A stretch of DNA of 64,000 bases, from assembly GCA_964016885.1 (NCBI GenBank), contig OZ024753.1, positions 47,120,001-47,184,000 on the forward strand. Reading direction: 5' to 3'. Within the stretch, counting starts at the first letter, position 1; each line of letters begins with the position of its first letter. This DNA comes from Eledone cirrhosa (lineage: Eukaryota). The position numbers and the translations under genes were made by a program. Below the pieces are notes generated by a model. It saw nothing but the letters and a program-made list of their open reading frames with translations. It had not been told where the DNA came from and did no database searches. Shown here piece by piece: positions 54,136 to 64,000 of the stretch.

Positions 54136-54626
54136 ATATACATATACATATACATATACATACACATACATATACATACATATATATATACATACATACA
54201 TATATACACATACATACATACACATACATACACATATACATACATATACATACATAGATATATATATATACATAATATAAATATACATACATACACATAC
54301 ATAAGCATATACACATAAGTATATATACATATACACACGTATATATACATATACATACATACATATATACACATACATACATATATACATACATACACAC
54401 ATATATACATATACACATACATACATATACATACATATACACATACATACATATATATATATACATACACACACATATATACATACACACACATATATAC
54501 AAACACATACATATACACATATATACACATACATACACATACATATACATACATATACACATATACACTCATATATACATATACATACATACACACACAT
54601 ACATACATATATACATATACATACAT

Positions 54627-55175
54627 AAAGACAAATCCACCTCATGGACGAGAATGCAAGGGCTCCTCCTCTTTGTTTCGGCCGCGGATGGCTAACCCTA
54701 ACCCCATCCCCGCTCCCCACCGCTCCCAACCTCCAAACGCAATCCAAAACTTCAGAGTTGGTACCATTAATGTAGGCACCTTATAGGGTGGCTCTAACGA
54801 GGTTGTAGAAATGCTTGAACGTAACGAGGTCGATGTTTGTTGTATTCAAGAGACCAGGTGGAGGGGTGGGTCTGCTAGATTCATCGTGGGTAAAGAACGA
54901 TGCTATAAGCTTTTCTGTGTGGCAAATGACAATGGGCTGGGTATACACATACCACCCCACCACCCCACCGCAAAGTGGTCGTGGAGGCGCCGCGGCAAAA
55001 AAGCACCCAGCCCACACTGTAAAGCTGAAGTGGAGGTGCCACGGAAAAAAAAAAGCACCCAGCACTCACTGCAAACGGGGTTGGCGTCGGGAAGGGCACC
55101 CAGCTGTAGAAACCAATCCAGAATCAGCTCCCACCCCACCCTTGCAAGCATGGAAAAGCGGACGTATGATGAAGT

Positions 55176-55179
<4 letters not shown>
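54627..55179 (+). mobile_element. Internally deleted RTE, unit 8
   Basis: As 15055-15607. Confidence 0.85.
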
Positions 55180-55230
<51 letters not shown>

Positions 55231-55275
55231 TATATATATACACATATATATATACACACATATATATCAGTGTAC

Positions 55276-55306
<31 letters not shown>

Positions 55307-55973
55307 AATGAATATTTATTCAATTTAAACCGCCAATTATCTATATATAACAAGATATGAATTTTTCTAGGGATGGGGAAATTTTCAGTTTGTTTTTATA
55401 TTTTCACTTCATTTTTTACTTTCTATTTAATACAGTCTTTGATCCAATATAATCCTGACAGTATTTGAACCAGTTTACCTCATATATATGTATGCACACA
55501 CAACACTCAAGTTTCGCCATCTACTGCTATTTCATTCATATTTATTGTTTAATTAACTCTGGTCTAATTCATCAACTATTGTTAATTATATTATTACGTA
55601 GATTTCTTATAAAATCTAGTGCATATATACGTGTATATATACAGGGAGACACTGTAATAGATGTAAAGAGAGTGGGAGATAGAGTTATAGAAGTAAAGAG
55701 AGGGGGAGAAATAAGCGGTAGATAGAGTAATAGATGTAAAGAGAGGGTTAGAACGTTCAACTTGACAGTCAGTACAATGTTCAGCATGGTAGCCAGTACA
55801 TATGCCAACTACCCAACCGGCCAGCCAGCCGCATATGCGGTTGACTGGCCAGTTGGGCGGTTGGTATGTGGAACGTTCAACTACGCAGTCAGTACCAAAG
55901 TTCAACATTGTAGCCAGTGCATATGCCGATCGCCGCGCCCTCTTTGCTCTATTTTAATGACCTGGAACTAAGT

Positions 55974-56086
55974 AAAAAGAGTAGGAGATAACTCGACAAG
56001 AGCGGAGAGGGTGAGATTCGAACCATGTAAAGTCGTTGGCTCCTGAAGTTCGTAAGCGGGGCTGCTACTGACTGAGCAGCGCCGGC
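55974..56086 (-). ncRNA. Candidate Pol III tRNA-like RNA gene, unit 9
   Basis: Consensus copy. Confidence 0.55.
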
Positions 56087-56867
56087 AGCAAGGCAAATCG
56101 CGCATAAAATAACGCTTATATCGACAAAAAAAAAAAAAAAATTTCAATGTTGCACTCTTGTTTGTTGTTCTTTTATTTTACGTAAACATTTCGCTGCTCT
56201 AGCCTCTTATTTCCTATTAGATTACACTTAATTCCATTAAACATTCATTCTTAGTCTCGTGGTAAACTATTTCATCTATATTTATATCGCTGTTACAGCC
56301 TTTTATTTCTACATCTATCACCTATAGCCACTGTTACGCCGGTAGTATAAGTAGCTTTATAACAAGAAACGATGATATAACTCCACAAAATGTCTTCTTG
56401 AGCAAGACACTTCACTTCATATTGCTCCAGTACACCGAGTTACACATAGACAGATACATACATACATACACAGATAGAAATGAGAGGTAGATAGAGTAAA
56501 AGATTTAAAGAGAGTGTGAGAAGTACGAGTTAGATAGTGTAAAAGATTTAAAGAGAGGGTGAGAGTGTGACACACATTTATCTGTCTATCTCTCTCTATT
56601 TTAACACCGGTCGTTATAATTAGTTTTATAACACCGCTATATTACCGACATGAAAGAGGTAAATAATTATTTCTTAAATGTTTAGAACATGTTTCTCTTG
56701 TCTTCTTAAATGTATAGAACATGTTTCTTATTTATATTCTTAACATAGCTAGGACCTTATCTCATTTACTGGTCTCTACTTTTAGGACTTTGCTGGTCCC
56801 ATGTGCCCTCCATGAAGACACACTCGCCCCTTCTCTCTCAGTCTCCGTACTAATTACTACACATACG

Positions 56868-59061
56868 TATATATATTTATTTTAAGAAACCTTAATGACA
56901 AATAATATAAAGTGTTTGTAAAGTGGGGAAGAGTAGTTTTACGGTGGGGTTGTTATATAGATATCGTTTTTGCAGTGGGGTCGTGACTGGCGTATAATAA
57001 TGAGTCACTGTTGATGTATATACAAATCATGTTTTGGATATAAGTGAAGTTATTTAAGAGATTTAGTTGTTTTGTATACATTCATAACGGTACGCGATGG
57101 GACCCACCCACAGCCCCGGCGGACAGAATGGAGAAGGCGTTTCCCCGGAGCACGGCAAGGGAGACGCGCTGGAAAAGCCACTCCAACTCGCGGGGCTCAC
57201 ACCTGCGGCTGGCCAGCTCAGCGCCTATGGTGGTGAGTAAGGAGGTAGCCCTGGGGCCGAGGACACCAGAAGTCTCCACTTCCAGGGGTACGACCGCAAA
57301 CCTGTCGGAGAGTGAACGATATGTGAGGAGTTTGGCCCCCTCAGCCTGACGTGCAGCAGAACCTGGGCCAGTCGCAGACTGCACCAGGTTGCGGCTGCAG
57401 AAAGTGTCGGTGCAAGTGGCATCCCAGACGAGGGGTTTGCCACCGCGGAACGGGAAGATGGTCATGCCATCTAGCCTTTTGCCGTCCCCTCGAGCTGGGA
57501 AGGGAAGCCTGCAGCGTCCAAGCCATGCTTAATGACTTCGTTGAGGGCAGCATGGCGTGGATTGCGGGTGGAGGCCGAAAGAGTCCATGGTGGAACGGCA
57601 GCGACATTGGTGTGAGGCCGAGCCTCAGGGAAACGCCGATGCGCAAGCTATTGTTGTCTAGCTGCGTGCGAGTGGAGAAGGAGGGCAGGGCATGGAGCCA
57701 GGCCCCACTGTGGGGTTTGGAGGCTGCACGAAAACAAACAAGGCGGTGCTGGTCGAGCTGGCACGTGAGCCTGTCTGAGGCCAGGCTGCACTGGATGGCA
57801 TCCCAAGTGTGTTGGGGGGGACTTGACGTCAACAGGGGGAGAAGGAGGAGGAACGTCTACTGGGCTAAGTCCCAGCCGGTGCCACGTCTCACAGGCGGCC
57901 ACGCGTTCTCTGAACACAGAGGGTTCTGTTGTGTTTTGAAGGACCCTGCTGAAGAGGACGTGGTACGAGGTTACCGACGAAAGATATGCCGGCAAAGCTA
58001 GTGAGATCGGGGACTGGAGGCGAAGGCCGCCATACCTGACAGGTAAAGTTGCATATCTCATCGGCTGCTGCTCGGATACAAGTTTAGGTGTAGCACAGAG
58101 TGTATAGAGGAGCTTCGGCATGGCGTAGCAGTTCCTCAGCAGAAAGAGAACTGGGTGGCCATCAATCAAGCCCAGTCGGCTCGTGAGAGTCTGGACTTGA
58201 TGGAGGAGCGGATGGCCGGCGGGTGGATCGGTGAGGGCATCCTCTTTGGGGGGTCACCTGAACCTGGCGGAGAATGGACCGCACGTCCAAGACGGAGACT
58301 GCAAAGCTTGCAGCATCGAGGCTGACATTCACCACCTCCGACTTGGCTGAGTTGACCTGGAGGTCGATTCCCGCCAGGGCAGGAACCACCGATTGAAGGT
58401 CATGGCAGACCGCCTGTACGGGCCCACCCAAAGTAGCATCATCCAGATACCAAACGTTGAGAGGGGCCGTTATACTCCAGGCGATGTGGTCAATACCAAG
58501 GGTGAACAGGAGGGGTCCCAAAGGGTTGCCCTGTTGGATCCCAGTAGCCAAGGGTATGACCGTATCAGCAGCATGGCGCATGCTTGGGGCTCCATATGAC
58601 AGGTAGGCAGAGGGGGCTCGGCTGAGGCAGGCCTCGAGCAGATGATCCCAGCGTAAAGAGTTGAAGGCATTCCTCATGTCAAACTTGACAATGAGGTGGC
58701 TGGAGGCCCTGGATGCCGGTTCCGAGTGTTACGGACTTGCAGATTACCTTGGCAGCCAGCCTCCGGAAGACATTGCCCACAGCAATGGGGCGTATGCCAT
58801 CCTCTTTCTTCCTGAGAGCGGTGAGGCTGGCCGAAAAAAAGAGGCCTCGAGCATAAGAGTCCAGGGCGCCATGGATGAGCCTATTGGTGAGCGCCACAAT
58901 TGCACTCAGAAGGCGGCGCCCGGCCTCAGCGGAGAGGGGAGATATCAACTCCTTGAGGAGGCCTGGTCAGAGACCATCAACATCTCCGCAGCTGCTAGCT
59001 GGGAAGGACCTGATGGCGGACATGATGTCTGCATCAGAAGCCACAAGGAGCAAGTGTGGAT
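56868..59061 (-). mobile_element. Decayed CRE-clade retrotransposon, unit 9
   Basis: As unit 3. Confidence 0.9.
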
Positions 59062-59916
59062 TACAATACAAAACCTCTGAGAATGATTTCTAAGATATTT
59101 CACCATAATTAATTTTCATCAATATATATTAATATTATTATTGTTTATTAGGTCAGGTGGATTGGCCAGAACAATTCTACTCTTCTTTTTTAGATGTCAC
59201 GATTTTTCATGGCATTCCTGAGATCATTAATCTCCAGCTGGAGATCCAGAGACATCTGATGTATGTAGGTGAACCTCAGTCATCCCACTTGGCTCTTACT
59301 ATGTTTAGGTATCCACCACAGGAGCCAGCTCATCAGGTCATCCTACCCTCAGCAGCAATGTCCAGCATCTATTGATTTCCGCTCCCTAGTTATTGTGGTA
59401 ATCTTCGATATCTGGGAATATATTTCTTCTGCTTAAGGGAGTAATAAATATATAGTTTTAAAAAAAACATATATATACACACACATATATATATGTTGTC
59501 ATTTATAAGAGTTCTCTATCAAAAGCCTTCTCTATGTCCAAAGCTAAGTATAGTGGCTTATTTTTCTCTAAGAACCTCTTTTGTAGTTGTCTCACTAAGA
59601 AGAGGGCATCTGTTGCACTTTTCAGCGGCACAAAACCAAACTGCATCTCATACACATACATACATATACATACATACATACATACATATACACATACATA
59701 CATACATCATCATCATCATCATCATCATCATTTCGTTTTAAGTCCGCTTTTTCCCTGCTTGTAAGGGTGGGACGGGAACTGATTCTGGCTTGATTTCTAC
59801 AGCTGGATGCCCTTCCTAACACCAACCTCATTTACAGTGAGTGCTGAGTGCTTTTTTGCCGTGGCACCTCCACGACCACTTTGCAGTGGAATGATATGGA
59901 CCCCAGTCCCTATCAT

Positions 59917-60059
59917 CTCATTTCTACAGCTGAGTAAACTGGAGCAATGTGAAATAAAGTGTCTTGCTCAAGGAAACAACACATCACCCGGTCTGAGAAT
60001 TGAACTCACAACTTTTCGATTGCCAGGCCAATGCTCGAACCACTAAGCCATGTGCCTCC
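59917..60059 (-). mobile_element. CORE-type SINE, unit 9
   Basis: As 14457-14599. Confidence 0.85.
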
Positions 60060-60550
60060 ATATACATATACATATACATATACATACACATACATATACA
60101 TACATATATATATACATACATACATATATACACATACATACATACACATACATACACATATACATACATATACATACATAGATATATATATATACATAAT
60201 ATAAATATACATACATACACATACATAAGCATATACACATAAGTATATATACATATACACACGTATATATACATATACATACATACATATATACACATAC
60301 ATACATATATACATACATACACACATATATACATATACACATACATACATATACATACATATACACATACATACATATATATATATACATACACACACAT
60401 ATATACATACACACACATATATACAAACACATACATATACACATATATACACATACATACACATACATATACATACATATACACATATACACTCATATAT
60501 ACATATACATACATACACACACATACATACATATATACATATACATACAT

Positions 60551-61099
60551 AAAGACAAATCCACCTCATGGACGAGAATGCAAGGGCTCCTCCTCTTTGT
60601 TTCGGCCGCGGATGGCTAACCCTAACCCCATCCCCGCTCCCCACCGCTCCCAACCTCCAAACGCAATCCAAAACTTCAGAGTTGGTACCATTAATGTAGG
60701 CACCTTATAGGGTGGCTCTAACGAGGTTGTAGAAATGCTTGAACGTAACGAGGTCGATGTTTGTTGTATTCAAGAGACCAGGTGGAGGGGTGGGTCTGCT
60801 AGATTCATCGTGGGTAAAGAACGATGCTATAAGCTTTTCTGTGTGGCAAATGACAATGGGCTGGGTATACACATACCACCCCACCACCCCACCGCAAAGT
60901 GGTCGTGGAGGCGCCGCGGCAAAAAAGCACCCAGCCCACACTGTAAAGCTGAAGTGGAGGTGCCACGGAAAAAAAAAAGCACCCAGCACTCACTGCAAAC
61001 GGGGTTGGCGTCGGGAAGGGCACCCAGCTGTAGAAACCAATCCAGAATCAGCTCCCACCCCACCCTTGCAAGCATGGAAAAGCGGACGTATGATGAAGT

Positions 61100-61103
<4 letters not shown>
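60551..61103 (+). mobile_element. Internally deleted RTE, unit 9
   Basis: As 15055-15607. Confidence 0.85.
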
Positions 61104-61152
<49 letters not shown>

Positions 61153-61894
61153 TATATATATACACATATATATATACACACATATATATCAGTGTACATA
61201 TATATATACATATATATATATATATAAATGAATATTTATTCAATTTAAAGCGCCAATTATCTATATATAACAAGATATGAATTTTTCTAGGGATGGGGGA
61301 AATTTTCAGTTTGTTTTTATATTTTCACTTCATTTTTTACTTTCTATTTAATACAGTCTTTGATCCAATATAATCCTGACAGTATTTGAACCAGTTTACC
61401 TCATATATATGTATGCACACACAACACTCAAGTTTCGCCATCTACTGCTATTTCATTCATATTTATTGTTTAATTAACTCTGGTCTAATTCATCAACTAT
61501 TGTTAATTATATTATTACGTAGATTTCTTATAAAATCTAGTGCATATATACGTGTATATATACAGGGAGACACTGTAATAGATGTAAAGAGAGTGGGAGA
61601 TAGAGTTATAGAAGTAAAGAGAGGGGGAGAAATAAGCGGTAGATAGAGTAATAGATGTAAAGAGAGGGTTAGAACGTTCAACTTGACAGTCAGTACAATG
61701 TTCAGCATGGTAGCCAGTACATATGCCAACTACCCAACCGGCCAGCCAGCCGCATATGCGGTTGACTGGCCAGTTGGGCGGTTGGTATGTGGAACGTTCA
61801 ACTACGCAGTCAGTACCAAAGTTCAACATTGTAGCCAGTGCATATGCCGATCGCCGCGCCCTCTTTGCTCTATTTTAATGACCTGGAACTAAGT

Positions 61895-62007
61895 AAAAAG
61901 AGTAGGAGATAACTCGACAAGAGCGGAGAGGGTGAGATTCGAACCATGTAAAGTCGTTGGCTCCTGAAGTTCGTAAGCGGGGCTGCTACTGACTGAGCAG
62001 CGCCGGC
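61895..62007 (-). ncRNA. Candidate Pol III tRNA-like RNA gene, unit 10
   Basis: Consensus copy. Confidence 0.55.
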
Positions 62008-62792
62008 AGCAAGGCAAATCGCGCATAAAATAACGCTTATATCGACAAAAAAAAAAAAAAAATTTCAATGTTGCACTCTTGTTTGTTGTTCTTTTATTTT
62101 ACGTAAACATTTCGCTGCTCTAGCCTCTTATTTCCTATTAGATTACACTTAATTCCATTAAACATTCATTCTTAGTCTCGTGGTAAACTATTTCATCTAT
62201 ATTTATATCGCTGTTACAGCCTTTTATTTCTACATCTATCACCTATAGCCACTGTTACGCCGGTAGTATAAGTAGCTTTATAACAAGAAACGATGATATA
62301 ACTCCACAAAATGTCTTCTTGAGCAAGACACTTCACTTCATATTGCTCCAGTACACCGAGTTACACATAGACAGATACATACATACATACATACACAGAT
62401 AGAAATGAGAGGTAGATAGAGTAAAAGATTTAAAGAGAGTGTGAGAAGTACGAGTTAGATAGTGTAAAAGATTTAAAGAGAGGGTGAGAGTGTGACACAC
62501 ATTTATCTGTCTATCTCTCTCTATTTTAACACCGGTCGTTATAATTAGTTTTATAACACCGCTATATTACCGACATGAAAGAGGTAAATAATTATTTCTT
62601 AAATGTTTAGAACATGTTTCTCTTGTCTTCTTAAATGTATAGAACATGTTTCTTATTTATATTCTTAACATAGCTAGGACCTTATCTCATTTACTGGTCT
62701 CTACTTTTAGGACTTTGCTGGTCCCATGTGCCCTCCATGAAGACACACTCGCCCCTTCTCTCTCAGTCTCCGTACTAATTACTACACATACG

Positions 62793-64000
62793 TATATATA
62801 TTTATTTTAAGAAACCTTAATGACAAATAATATAAAGTGTTTGTAAAGTGGGGAAGAGTAGTTTTACGGTGGGGTTGTTATATAGATATCGTTTTTGCAG
62901 TGGGGTCGTGACTGGCGTATAATAATGAGTCACTGTTGATGTATATACAAATCATGTTTTGGATATAAGTGAAGTTATTTAAGAGATTTAGTTGTTTTGT
63001 ATACATTCATAACGGTACGCGATGGGACCCACCCACAGCCCCGGCGGACAGAATGGAGAAGGCGTTTCCCCGGAGCACGGCAAGGGAGACGCGCTGGAAA
63101 AGCCACTCCAACTCGCGGGGCTCACACCTGCGGCTGGCCAGCTCAGCGCCTATGGTGGTGAGTAAGGAGGTAGCCCTGGGGCCGAGGACACCAGAAGTCT
63201 CCACTTCCAGGGGTACGACCGCAAACCTGTCGGAGAGTGAACGATATGTGAGGAGTTTGGCCCCCTCAGCCTGACGTGCAGCAGAACCTGGGCCAGTCGC
63301 AGACTGCACCAGGTTGCGGCTGCAGAAAGTGTCGGTGCAAGTGGCATCCCAGACGAGGGGTTTGCCACCGCGGAACGGGAAGATGGTCATGCCATCTAGC
63401 CTTTTGCCGTCCCCTCGAGCTGGGAAGGGAAGCCTGCAGCGTCCAAGGCATGCTTAATGACTTCGTTGAGGGCAGCATGGCGTGGATTGCGGGTGGAGGC
63501 CGAAAGAGTCCATGGTGGAACGGCAGCGACATTGGTGTGAGGCCGAGCCTCAGGGAAACGCCGATGCGCAAGCTATTGTTGTCTAGCTGCGTGCGAGTGG
63601 AGAAGGAGGGCAGGGCATGGAGCCAGGCCCCACTGTGGGGTTTGGAGGCTGCACGAAAACAAACAAGGCGGTGCTGGTCGAGCTGGCACGTGAGCCTGTC
63701 TGAGGCCAGGCTGCACTGGATGGCATCCCAAGTGTGTTGGGGGGGACTTGACGTCAACAGGGGGAGAAGGAGGAGGAACGTCTACTGGGCTAAGTCCCAG
63801 CCGGTGCCACGTCTCACAGGCGGCCAGGCGTTCTCTGAACACAGAGGGTTCTGTTGTGTTTTGAAGAACCCTGCTGAAGAGGACGTGGTACGAGGTTACC
63901 GACGAAAGATATGCCGGCAAAGCTAGTGAGATCGGGGACTGGAGGCGAAGGCCGCCATACCTGACAGGTAAAGTTGCATATCTCATCGGCTGCTGCTCGG
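62793..64000 (-). mobile_element. Decayed CRE-clade retrotransposon, unit 10 (runs off window)
   Basis: RLE region as in other units. Confidence 0.9.

Larger units (their letters stand above)
1..64000. repeat. Tandem macrosatellite array, 10 units of ~5.9-6.1 kb or ~9.76 kb
   Basis: The same marker sequence recurs at 260, 10015, 15882, 21793, 27708, 37476, 43616, 49541, 55465, 61386 (spacings 9755, 5867, 5911, 5915, 9768, 6140, 5925, 5924, 5921); the ORF track repeats in step. Confidence 0.98.

Noticed and set aside
1-64000. Array as a pure assembly artefact
   Set aside because: Units carry distinct SNPs, indels and structural variants in a nested pattern, although exact copy number needs read support

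Overview
Eukaryotic, microsatellite-rich DNA. The RTE 3' tails, CORE-type SINE and compound (CA/TA)n tracts suggest an octopus/coleoid cephalopod; this is an inference. The whole window is one tandem macrosatellite of 10 units, with homologous marker positions at 260, 10015, 15882, 21793, 27708, 37476, 43616, 49541, 55465 and 61386. Short units are about 5.9-6.1 kb; two long units are about 9.76 kb. The order is L-B-A-A-L-B-A-A-A-(partial). There is no intact protein-coding gene. Each unit carries a ~113-nt minus-strand Pol III-type, tRNA-like but non-cloverleaf RNA gene candidate (TATA, degenerate A box, invariant B box, T5), a bulge-free 72-nt hairpin between ~55-bp direct repeats just downstream of it, a decayed 5'-truncated CRE-clade RLE retrotransposon, and RTE/SINE relics. 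In long units a ~1.1-kb segment is replaced by a ~4.95-kb cassette (minisatellite, 5'-truncated RTE, foldback tRNA-like repeats). The best candidate for something undescribed is the arrayed Pol III RNA plus hairpin module.
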